The position numbers and the translations under genes are program-made. Below are positions 18,145 to 26,790 of a stretch of DNA of 64,000 nucleotides, piece after piece. A model generated the notes under the pieces. The model did not search any database. It had not been told where the DNA came from and worked only from the letters and a program-made list of their open reading frames with translations. Numbering within the stretch: the stretch's first letter is position 1; every line of letters begins with the position of its first letter. This DNA is from Gemmatimonadota bacterium (GTDB lineage: Bacteria; Gemmatimonadota; Gemmatimonadetes; Longimicrobiales; Gaopeijiaceae), in contig JBDHHQ010000010.1 in the NCBI GenBank assembly GCA_039589315.1, positions 26,939-90,938 on the forward strand. The letters are read 5' to 3'.

Positions 18145-20829
18145 CTACTCCGCCTTGAGCACGCCCAGTGGATCCACGCGGGCGGCCCTGAGCGCCGGCA
18201 CGAGGCTGGACAGGAGAGACACCAGCAGGAAGACAGCCAGGGCGCCCCCCAGGGTGACGGGATCGAGGGGACTCACCCCGAACAGCAGCGACGCCATCAC
18301 CTGTCCCACCGCCACGGCCAGCACGAGCCCGATCCCCAGCCCCAGACCGGTGAGCTTGAGGCCCTCGCCCACGATCACACCGCGGATCTGTGGCCCGCTG
18401 GCACCGAGTGCCATCCGCAGGCCGATCTCCCGCTGGCGCCGTGCCACTGAATAGGAGATCACGCCATAGATCCCCAACGCGGCCAACAGCAGCGCCACGA
18501 GTCCGAAGACGCCCAGGAAGGCCGATCCGATGCTCCACTGGAACGTATTCTCCATGACCACCTCTCCCATGGGCCGGATGTCCAGCGGCAGGTTGGGATC
18601 GATGCGTGTGAGAGCCTCGCGCACCTGGGGAGCCAGCGCCGCGGGATCGCCCGCCGTATGGATGGTGAGGAAGCGGCGGCGGACGGGCGCCTGGGACAAG
18701 GACCGATACAGGTGGGGCCGGAGGTTGGTGGACACGCCGTCATGTTGGATGTCGCCGACCACCCCCACGACCACGGCCTCCCGGGGATCCCGGGGATCGC
18801 CGTAAAGCACGGTCTTGCCCAGGGGGCTCTCCTGCTGCCATTGGGCTTCGGCCAGGGAGCGGCTGACGACGACGACCCGCTCCCCCTCGGGGGCGTCGGC
18901 GGTCTCGAATCCTCGACCCGAGACCACCGGGATCCCCATGGACTCGAAGTAGCCCGGGCCCACCCGCCCATAGAGCACGGAAGGCCACTCTTCGGGTGTC
19001 GCCGGCTGTTTCGCGGGCAGGGCGACCCGCGTCGGCATGTTCTCGTGATTCAGCGGCAAGGGATAGACCGTGCCGACGCCCTCGACTCCTGGCAACGCCG
19101 AGGCCTCCCGTACCGCTCGCTCGAAGTACGCGGCTTGCTCCTCCACGGAGGGATAGTCGGACTCCGGCACCGTGACCTCGACTGTCAGGAGCCGCTCGCT
19201 ATGGAAGCCCAGGTCCACACGCTGCACCTCCATGAAGCTCCGCACCATGAGGCCCGTGCCGCTGATGAGGACCATGGCCATGACAACCTCGAGGACCACG
19301 AGCCCCCGTCTACCGCGCAGGGACGTGCGGCTCTCCCCGCCGCCGTGACTTCCCTCCTTGAGCGTAGCCGCAAGATCCGATCGCGTCGCGGCGAGAGCGG
19401 GTGCCAGGCCGAACACGATCGGCGTCAGGAGCGTGACCACGACCGTGAAGAGCAGGACGGTGCCGTCGACGTCGACGTCGCCGACCCGGAAGAGACCCTC
19501 GGGCACGGCCGGCCCGACGAGTCGCGTGGCCCCGAACGCCAACGCCACGCCCAACGAGCCGCCCAGCGCCGCCATCAGAAGGCTCTCGGTGAACATCTGG
19601 CGGACGATGCGCCCGCGCGACGCGCCGATGGCGGCCCGAACCGCGACCTCCCGTGTGCGCGTGCTCGCCCGAGCCAGCGTCAGGCTGGCCACGTTCACAC
19701 ACGCGATGAGAAGCACGAAGCTCACCGCACCGAGGAGGACCAGGAAGCTGACCCTCATGACGTCCCAGGCGAAGTTCAACGCGGCTCGGATGGGCTTGAC
19801 GCTGACGCCGGCGAAACGCCCTTCAGCGTTCGGGTATACCTCGCTGAGCTCGCGTTGGATCGCCAGCAGCTCCTGGCGGGCCCGCTCCCCGCTGGTCCCG
19901 TCGGCAAGCCTGCCCACCATGATCCAACTGAGATAGTCCCGGTCCATCCCCGCTGGGTCCGCCCGCTCGGGAATCCACATCTTCACTTCGCCGAACGGGA
20001 AGTTGAAGTCGCGTTTCATCACGCCCACGACGGTGAACGCCACGCCGTCCAACATGACCGTGCGCCCCAATACGCCCGGGTCCCCGGCATAGCGACGCTG
20101 CCAGAGCCCATGGCTCATCACGAGCACGTCCTCGCCGCCGGGACCGCCCTCCTCGTCCAGGAACGTGCGGCCCAGGGCGGGCTCGGCGTCCAGAACCTCG
20201 AACATGTTGGCCGAAAGCGCACTCGCCAGGATGCGCTCCGGACCTTCAGGTCCCGTTACGTTCCTGGTGGAGTACCGGTAGAATCCAGCGTCGTCGAAGG
20301 ACCGGGTGCGCTCGACCCAGTCGTGAAACATGGGCAGCGAGAAGCGTACGCCGTCCCACCCCTCCACCGGATCCACCTGACCCACCTGCACCAGCTCGTC
20401 AGCGTTCCCGTAGGGGAGGGCCCGGAAGAGGTACGGGTTCATCAGGCTGAAGATCGTAGTGTTCGCCGCGATCCCCAGCGCCAGCGTGACGATCACCACG
20501 GCCGCGAACCCACGGTTCTTCCCCAGCGTCCGCCACGCGTATCGCAGGTCCTGCCTGAGCTCTTCAAGTCGCATCGCTCTCCTCGCCCCCCTCTCCCGTT
20601 GTCTCGACAGATCGGTGCAGTACCGTCGGGTTTCGGCCAAATCGCCGAAGCGCCGCCGGGCCTCGGTCCGTGCTTCTTCCGGGTTCCACCCCTCGGCCAC
20701 CAGCTCCTCCACACAGAGCGCCAGGTGGAGGTCCAGCTCCTCGTCGACCGCGCGCCGCGCGTCGCTGCCGCCCCGGAACGGCAGCCTGAAGGACCGCCGC
20801 ACCGGCTTCTCGGGCTGATCCACGCTCAT
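18145..20829 (-). CDS. Duplicated orphan ABC permease (ADOP) with permease prefix domain
   Basis: DEELDLHL..ARRRFGD prefix, DLRYAWRTL, LIACVNVA, RQREIGLRMALGA. Confidence 0.94.
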   Translation of the reverse strand: MSVDQPEKPVRRSFRLPFRGGSDARRAVDEELDLHLALCVEELVAEGWNPEEARTEARRRFGDLAETRRYCTDLSRQRERGARRAMRLEELRQDLRYAWRTLGKNRGFAAVVIVTLALGIAANTTIFSLMNPYLFRALPYGNADELVQVGQVDPVEGWDGVRFSLPMFHDWVERTRSFDDAGFYRYSTRNVTGPEGPERILASALSANMFEVLDAEPALGRTFLDEEGGPGGEDVLVMSHGLWQRRYAGDPGVLGRTVMLDGVAFTVVGVMKRDFNFPFGEVKMWIPERADPAGMDRDYLSWIMVGRLADGTSGERARQELLAIQRELSEVYPNAEGRFAGVSVKPIRAALNFAWDVMRVSFLVLLGAVSFVLLIACVNVASLTLARASTRTREVAVRAAIGASRGRIVRQMFTESLLMAALGGSLGVALAFGATRLVGPAVPEGLFRVGDVDVDGTVLLFTVVVTLLTPIVFGLAPALAATRSDLAATLKEGSHGGGESRTSLRGRRGLVVLEVVMAMVLISGTGLMVRSFMEVQRVDLGFHSERLLTVEVTVPESDYPSVEEQAAYFERAVREASALPGVEGVGTVYPLPLNHENMPTRVALPAKQPATPEEWPSVLYGRVGPGYFESMGIPVVSGRGFETADAPEGERVVVVSRSLAEAQWQQESPLGKTVLYGDPRDPREAVVVGVVGDIQHDGVSTNLRPHLYRSLSQAPVRRRFLTIHTAGDPAALAPQVREALTRIDPNLPLDIRPMGEVVMENTFQWSIGSAFLGVFGLVALLLAALGIYGVISYSVARRQREIGLRMALGASGPQIRGVIVGEGLKLTGLGLGIGLVLAVAVGQVMASLLFGVSPLDPVTLGGALAVFLLVSLLSSLVPALRAARVDPLGVLKAE

Positions 20830-20880
20830 CTCCCCCGATTCCAGGTGCGCTGGCGCTGGTGCCTCCCGCTCACGGCCTCG

Positions 20881-21228
20881 CTACTCCCGCTCCGCCGCGG
20901 CTGGCTCGAGGATGCTGAAGATGGCCGCGGCGTACTCCCGCCAGGACCGGGCTTCAGCAGTGAGACGCTTCGTCCCCACGGCTGTCAGATCGTAGAACTT
21001 GGCGCGCCGGTTGTTCTCGCTCTGGCCCCACTCGGCGCTGATCCACCCCTTCTTCTCCATACGGTGGAGCGCCTGGTAGAGAGCGGCGTCCTGCAGCTCC
21101 AAGACGCCCTGGGAACGTGTGCGGATGCGCCGCGAGATGGCGAAGCCGTGCGCCGGACCCTCCGAGAGTGTCCGGAGAATCACCAGGTCCACGGTGCCGG
21201 GGAGCAGGGCTCGCTGTCGTTCGTTCAT
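20881..21228 (-). CDS. PadR family regulator (acidobacterial type)
   Basis: PGTVDLVIL, HGFAI, LYQALHRME, SENNRRAKFY; alternative GTG start at 21237. Confidence 0.94.
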   Translation of the reverse strand: MNERQRALLPGTVDLVILRTLSEGPAHGFAISRRIRTRSQGVLELQDAALYQALHRMEKKGWISAEWGQSENNRRAKFYDLTAVGTKRLTAEARSWREYAAAIFSILEPAAAERE

Positions 21229-21272
21229 GATCGTCACGGGGTTGGAAGTGGTCCTCCGTCCACTCCAGCCTA

Positions 21273-21324
21273 CTCACCTCATCTCGTGAGGGGAAGACCC
21301 TTCCCCATACGAAGTGAGGGGAAG
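21273..21324. promoter_or_regulatory. Tandem imperfect palindromes, candidate PadR operator
   Basis: GTGAGGGGAAG repeated at 21286 and 21314; CTTCCCC..GGGGAAG and CCTCA..TGAGG inverted arms. Confidence 0.65.
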
Positions 21325-21590
21325 AAGAGTTTCGGGCGGGCCAGGACCGGGTGAGAGGGTGCGTCCCGGGCACCCGAGGGCACATCGGGCCACCCATCCC
21401 ACGGCCCCCCAGGTCCGGTGTGGCGGGATGCCGGACGGGCCTACGTCACATGTCGGTGAGGAGCCGCTCCGTGGGGCCGGCGCCACGTTGGCGTAGGGCC
21501 CGGGGCGAATGGTATGTTGGGGACTGCGCCACTCGGTTTGCCGGAGTGGTCGCAACCCCGCTGGATGATCCGTCCTCGAGGAGGCCCACC

Positions 21591-22859
21591 ATGGTTCGCC
21601 GGACCGGACTCGTCGTATTCACAGCCGCCTTGCTTTCGATCCTGTTGCCAGCGGCAGCCGAGGCGCAGCTCGGCCGGATCACGGACCGAGCCAAGAGGGC
21701 GGCGGAAGACCAGATCTCCCGCGAGGTAGAGGAGCTCGTCCGTGACGCCGTGCGCTGCGCCTTCGACGACCTGGACTGCATCGAGAAGGCCGAGAGTGAC
21801 GGCAAGGACGTCGTTCTGACCAACAAGGACGGGGAGATCCTCACCGACGAGGACGGGAACCCGGTCACGGACCGGTCGCAGCTCCCGTCCTCGGGAGCCA
21901 CGACCTTCGACGCGGCCTCCTCGACCTTCGACTTCGAAGCCGGCGACCGATCCCTGTTCACCGAGGACTTCGCCTCGGACAACCTGGGCGACTTCCCCCG
22001 CAACCTCGAGTACATGCGGGGCACCATGGAGGTGGCGCAGAACGACGAAGGGAAGCGGTTCCTTCTGGCCACGGGCGGCAACAGCCAGTTCGCCATCGTG
22101 CTTCCCAGCACCCTCCCGGATCAGTTCACCATCGAGCTCGACATCCACGACCCGGCAACGGAGCAGGGCACCTGGATCTCGACGCAGGAGATGAGCCAGA
22201 ACGGCCGAGTGGACGCGAACGTGTTCAACTTCGGCAACTGGAGGGGAAGCGGGATCTGGAACCCGAAACCCGATCCGCTCGCGGTGATCCAGGACGAGAC
22301 CATGACCAAGGAGATCGTGACGGCCCGGATCATGGCGGATGGAGACCATGTGAAGGCGTATCTGAACGAGGTGCGGGTGGCCAACGTGCCCCGGGTCGAG
22401 TTCACCCGGGGCGACCGGATCTATTTCTCCATGGACGGCCGCCAGGATCGGCCCATCTATGTGGGTAACATCCGCATCGCCGCTGGAGGCCGGGACCTGT
22501 ACGACGCCCTCAGCACGGACGGCAGGGTCGAGGTCCACGACATCCTCTTCGACACCGACTCCGACGTGATCCGCCCAGAGTCGGCTTCGATCCTGCAAGA
22601 GATCGGCACCATGCTGCAGGAGCACTCGGAGCTGAGCCTGCTCATCGAAGGGCATACCGACAACGAGGGCGACTTCGACCACAACATGACCCTGTCGGGA
22701 GACCGTGCCACGTCGGTGAAGGCGTACCTCGTCCAGAACTTCGGCATCGAGGACGCACGGCTCAGGACCATGGGCCTCGGGCCGTCGAGGCCCGTGGACA
22801 CGAACGATACCGAAGCAGGACGTCAGCGGAACCGGCGGGTGGAGCTGGTCAGGATGTAA
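21591..22859 (+). CDS. OmpA-like C-terminal domain protein, secreted
   Basis: Signal peptide; LFDTDS, IEGHTD, LSGDRA, NRRVEL; GAGGAGG RBS. Confidence 0.9.
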   Translation: MVRRTGLVVFTAALLSILLPAAAEAQLGRITDRAKRAAEDQISREVEELVRDAVRCAFDDLDCIEKAESDGKDVVLTNKDGEILTDEDGNPVTDRSQLPSSGATTFDAASSTFDFEAGDRSLFTEDFASDNLGDFPRNLEYMRGTMEVAQNDEGKRFLLATGGNSQFAIVLPSTLPDQFTIELDIHDPATEQGTWISTQEMSQNGRVDANVFNFGNWRGSGIWNPKPDPLAVIQDETMTKEIVTARIMADGDHVKAYLNEVRVANVPRVEFTRGDRIYFSMDGRQDRPIYVGNIRIAAGGRDLYDALSTDGRVEVHDILFDTDSDVIRPESASILQEIGTMLQEHSELSLLIEGHTDNEGDFDHNMTLSGDRATSVKAYLVQNFGIEDARLRTMGLGPSRPVDTNDTEAGRQRNRRVELVRM

Positions 22860-22880
22860 TCAGCTCCGACGCCTTCGGCG

Positions 22881-22932
22881 CCGCAAGCTCACGGACACAT
22901 CCTCACTCGAGGGTGTGCCCGCCTTGCTGCGG
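22881..22932. terminator. Strong hairpin downstream of the OmpA-family gene (terminator or REP-like)
   Basis: CGGACACATCCTC/GAGGGTGTGCCCG arms enclosed by CCGCA/TGCGG; no U-tract. Confidence 0.35.
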
Positions 22933-23119
22933 GGTCCTCGCGGGAATCGGGCCATCCCCTCGGCCACGGAGCCCCCTCAACGGTGGAATCCGCCCGACTG
23001 CGGAGTCCGCTCAACAGAAACATCCGGCTCAGTGTCTCCTAATGCCGACGGTCGGATGTGGAGGTGTGGGGAGGACCAACCGTCGAATCCCAATAGCCGA
23101 CAACGGAACGACCGCATAA

Positions 23120-25423
23120 ATGCTCGCATCACTGGCCCTTCTCGCCGGGTTGCTCGGCCCAGGAGAGAACGACTTCTCCGGCGCCGAGCGGGAGCTGGAC
23201 GTCGCCCCACCGCGGGTGGAGGCCCCGGACATCGCCATAGACGGCCGCTTGGACGAAGCGGAGTGGTCGCTGGCAGCCCGGCTTACCGACTTCACCCAGT
23301 ACGAGCCCGTGGAGGGTCGCCCTGCCCAGGAGCGCACCGAGGTTCTGGTATTCTACTCCTCGGACGCCATCTACTTCGGCATTCAGGCGTTCGATTCCGA
23401 CCCCGACAACATCCAGGTGCACCTCGGCCAGCGGGACCGGAGCGTCTTCAATGACGACTGGATCCGGATCATGCTGGATACGTTCAACGACCAGCGGCAG
23501 GCGTACGTCTTCTACGTAAACCCCCTCGGGATCCAGACCGACGGCCTGTGGATCGAGGGCTTCCGCGGCCGCGGCCCCGTGCCCATCGACTTCAACCCGG
23601 ACTTCATCTGGGACTCCGACGCCCACGTGACCGACGACGGCTGGGTGGCCGAGATTCGCATCCCATACGTGTCCATCCGCTTCAAGGAAGTCCCCGTGCA
23701 GGACTGGGGCTTGAACGTCGCGCGGGAGACCCGGCGGAACGGCTTCAAGGACGCATGGGCGCCGCTGACCCAGGACGCATCCAGCACGCTGGCCCAGAGC
23801 GGGCGGCTCACCGGCCTGAAGGAGCTGCAGCCACGGCGGCTCGTCGAGATCACCCCCGTCGTCACTGGTAAGAGCGAGGGCCTGAGCACCGATGGCGTCT
23901 TCACCCGGCAGCGGGTCCAGCCCGAGGCAGGCGTGGACGTGCGCTACGGCATCACGCAGAATCTCGTGCTCGACGCCACCGTGAACCCGGATTTCTCACA
24001 GGTGGAGGCCGACGCCGACCAGCTCACGATCAACGAGCGCTTCGCCATATTCCTGCCCGAAGCACGGCCGTTCTTCCTGGACGGAGCCGAGACGTTCCGA
24101 ACCCCCTCGCAGCTCGTGTACACCCGCCGGATCGTGGACCCGTCGGCCGGGGCCAAGCTCACCGGCAAGGTAGGCTCGTTCGCCGTGGCATACATGGGAG
24201 CCGCCGACGAAAGCCCCAACTCGCTTCTCGGCGACGATGGCCGGGCCGTCTTCAACGTGGTCCGGGTGCGACGCGACGTGGGTACGGGCTCCAACGTCGG
24301 GGTCCTCTATACCGACCGGACGATGACGACGGGAGGCGTGTTCAACCGGGTCGCTGCCGGGGACGCCCGCATCCTCTTCGGCGGCCGCCACACGCTCACC
24401 GCCCAGTACGCGCATAGCTGGCAGGATGCAGCGAGTCCGTACGGGACGGGCAATCTGCTCACGGCTCAGCTTCAGCGCAGTGGCCGTAACCTCTCCTGGG
24501 ACCTCCAGTTCGAGGACATCGCACCGGGATTCAGGGCCGACGCCGGCTTCATCCGCCGCGCCGGAGACACACGGATGAAGGGGCAGGTGTCGCTGAACAG
24601 GTACGGGAAGCCCGGAGCATTGGTCGAGCGGGTCGGGCTGTCGCTGGATGCGGAGAGCTTCACCGATCACGACGAGTTCTGGCAAGGCGGCTCCTTCTAC
24701 GAGGGCGAGGTCCAGCTATGGCCGAGTATCTCATTCCGCGGTAGCTGGACCCTCCGGTTCATCGTCCGAAACGGCTACTTCCGCTTCCGCCAAGAGGACT
24801 ACGAGGGAGCTCAGGCGCCGGACGGCGGGGGAGGCCTTCAGCCGTTCCAGGTGCCGGCGCCCCTGGAGAACATGTGGGCGGTGGGCTTCATGCCGCGCCT
24901 GCGGTTGAGCGGCAGCGCCAACCTCAACGGCCGCATGTTCTACCGGGAGATCCCCATTTACGGCGAGGCGTCCCGCGGCATCGAGCTCCAGGTCGCGCCC
25001 GAGATCACTTTCCGCCCCACGGATCGCCTGGAAATCGGGGCGAACTACACGTACTCGCAGATCCGGCGGCAGAGCTCGGGAGCCGAGTTCTCGCGCACCA
25101 ATCTCTCCCGTCTGCGGCTCCAGTATCAGTTCACCAAGGCACTACGGGCCCGCACCATCGGTCAGTACAGCCTCGAGGAGCGGGATGCCCTGCGGGATCC
25201 CACCACCGGCGACGTCCTCTGGTATGACGACCAGCCCATCGGCAGCGTCGATCGAGGCACGTTCCAGGGCCAGTTCCTGCTCTCCTACGAGCCCTCCCCG
25301 GGCACGATCTTCTACGCTGGCTACAGTCGGATCATGGAAGGGGTGAGCACCTACGCTCTCGGCCGCATGGATCCCATGGCGGACGGCTTCTTCGTCAAGA
25401 TCAGCTACCGCTTCCGGATGTAG
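23120..25423 (+). CDS. CBM9-like / DUF5916 putative outer-membrane protein
   Basis: IDGRLDEAEW, DTFND, NPDFSQVEAD, PEARPFF, C-terminal FFVKISYRFRM. Confidence 0.88.
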   Translation: MLASLALLAGLLGPGENDFSGAERELDVAPPRVEAPDIAIDGRLDEAEWSLAARLTDFTQYEPVEGRPAQERTEVLVFYSSDAIYFGIQAFDSDPDNIQVHLGQRDRSVFNDDWIRIMLDTFNDQRQAYVFYVNPLGIQTDGLWIEGFRGRGPVPIDFNPDFIWDSDAHVTDDGWVAEIRIPYVSIRFKEVPVQDWGLNVARETRRNGFKDAWAPLTQDASSTLAQSGRLTGLKELQPRRLVEITPVVTGKSEGLSTDGVFTRQRVQPEAGVDVRYGITQNLVLDATVNPDFSQVEADADQLTINERFAIFLPEARPFFLDGAETFRTPSQLVYTRRIVDPSAGAKLTGKVGSFAVAYMGAADESPNSLLGDDGRAVFNVVRVRRDVGTGSNVGVLYTDRTMTTGGVFNRVAAGDARILFGGRHTLTAQYAHSWQDAASPYGTGNLLTAQLQRSGRNLSWDLQFEDIAPGFRADAGFIRRAGDTRMKGQVSLNRYGKPGALVERVGLSLDAESFTDHDEFWQGGSFYEGEVQLWPSISFRGSWTLRFIVRNGYFRFRQEDYEGAQAPDGGGGLQPFQVPAPLENMWAVGFMPRLRLSGSANLNGRMFYREIPIYGEASRGIELQVAPEITFRPTDRLEIGANYTYSQIRRQSSGAEFSRTNLSRLRLQYQFTKALRARTIGQYSLEERDALRDPTTGDVLWYDDQPIGSVDRGTFQGQFLLSYEPSPGTIFYAGYSRIMEGVSTYALGRMDPMADGFFVKISYRFRM

Positions 25424-25642
25424 ACTCCGGTGCGTTCCTTCGCGGCCTCGCGGCCACTCCAGAGCTCGCACGATGCGGCCGCGGAGTGCCGGGATCCCCC
25501 CCAGGCTTGCGGTAGCCGCAGCTTCCTTAGACCGTAGCAGCGGCGGTCGACGAGCGCGTAGGTCACGAGGCAAAGGCTCGCGTCCGACAACAGTAGGTGG
25601 ATCACGCTCGTCTCGCCTTCGCCCCGTCAGCGGAGTGTCGTC

Positions 25643-26782
25643 ATGAGAGTCGAACAATCACTTTGGTGCCCGGACGAGGGGCGGCCTCCCCAGCTCGAGG
25701 GTTGGCCAGAGCCGTCGCCGAGCCTCGTCTTCCTCTTTGGGAGCTCGGAGCTCCTGGCGGATGAAGCCTTGGACGAGGAGCTCCACGGCCTCTATCCGGG
25801 AGCGCCGTTCTTCGGCTGCAGCACGGCCGGGGAGATTCGGGGCACGGAGGTCCACGACGGGAAGCTGGTCGTGACGGCGGTGCGCTTCGACCATACGACG
25901 GTGGAGGGCGCCGTGGCTCACGTCTCGGACGCCAGTGAGAGCTTCGGGGCGGGCGAGCAGCTCGCCCAGGCGCTGTCGCGAGACGGGCTGGCACACATCA
26001 TCGTCCTCTCCGACGGCATCCACGTGAATGGCAGTGAGCTCGTCGCCGGCTTGACGCCGAACCTCCCAACCAACGTCACCGTCACGGGTGGGCTGTCGGG
26101 CGATGGCGATCGCTTCGAAGAGACGAAGGTCCTCTGGAACGACCGCCTGGAGAGCCACTCGATCGCCGCCGTGGGACTCTACGGCGACAGGCTCTCGGTC
26201 GGCTACGGATCCCTGGGTGGATGGGACGCGTTCGGACCGGAGCGGCTGGTCACCCGCTCCCAGGGCAACGTCCTCTACGAGCTGGACGGCCGCTCGGCCC
26301 TCCAACTCTACAAGGAGTACCTGGGAAAGCACGCCGAGGGCCTCCCGGCCACCGGAATGTTCTTCCCCCTGAGCATTCGTACCGAGGCGGACGCGACCCC
26401 CGTGGTGCGAGCCATCCTCTCCGTCGACGAGTCGGACCAGAGCCTGACATTTGCTGGTGACGTTCCCCAGGGCGCCTACAGCCGGCTGATGAAGGCGAAC
26501 TTCAACCGGCTCCTCGACGGGGCCGCCGGTGCGGCCGCAACGACTCGTCGGGCCCTGGGCGGTTTGGAGCCGGAGCTCGTCCTGCTGATAAGCTGCGTGG
26601 GTCGCAAACTGGTTCTCAAGCAACGCGTCGAGGAGGAAGTCGAGGCCGTTCGCGACGTCCTGGGCGAGCGGACCGTACTGACGGGCTTCTACTCGTACGG
26701 TGAGATATCGCCCTTCACGCCCCACGCCCGGTGTGAGCTCCACAACCAGACGATGACGATTACCGCACTGAGCGAAGGCTGA
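25643..26782 (+). CDS. FIST signal-transduction protein
   Basis: GCSTAGEI, SDG..VNG, YELDG, SCVGR, GFYSYGEI, HNQT. Confidence 0.95.
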   Translation: MRVEQSLWCPDEGRPPQLEGWPEPSPSLVFLFGSSELLADEALDEELHGLYPGAPFFGCSTAGEIRGTEVHDGKLVVTAVRFDHTTVEGAVAHVSDASESFGAGEQLAQALSRDGLAHIIVLSDGIHVNGSELVAGLTPNLPTNVTVTGGLSGDGDRFEETKVLWNDRLESHSIAAVGLYGDRLSVGYGSLGGWDAFGPERLVTRSQGNVLYELDGRSALQLYKEYLGKHAEGLPATGMFFPLSIRTEADATPVVRAILSVDESDQSLTFAGDVPQGAYSRLMKANFNRLLDGAAGAAATTRRALGGLEPELVLLISCVGRKLVLKQRVEEEVEAVRDVLGERTVLTGFYSYGEISPFTPHARCELHNQTMTITALSEG

Positions 26783-26790
26783 GCCACGAG

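Noticed and set aside
18658..21354. 898-aa plus-strand ORF and many other long antisense/overlapping ORFs (e.g. 4816-6774, 35608-37611, 49857-51722)
   Set aside because: Shadow ORFs opposite motif-supported genes, expected in high-GC DNA; no recognisable motifs
25424..25642. Hairpin-rich intergenic region before the FIST gene
   Set aside because: Stems are imperfect, match no RNA family I recognise and are not repeated in the window
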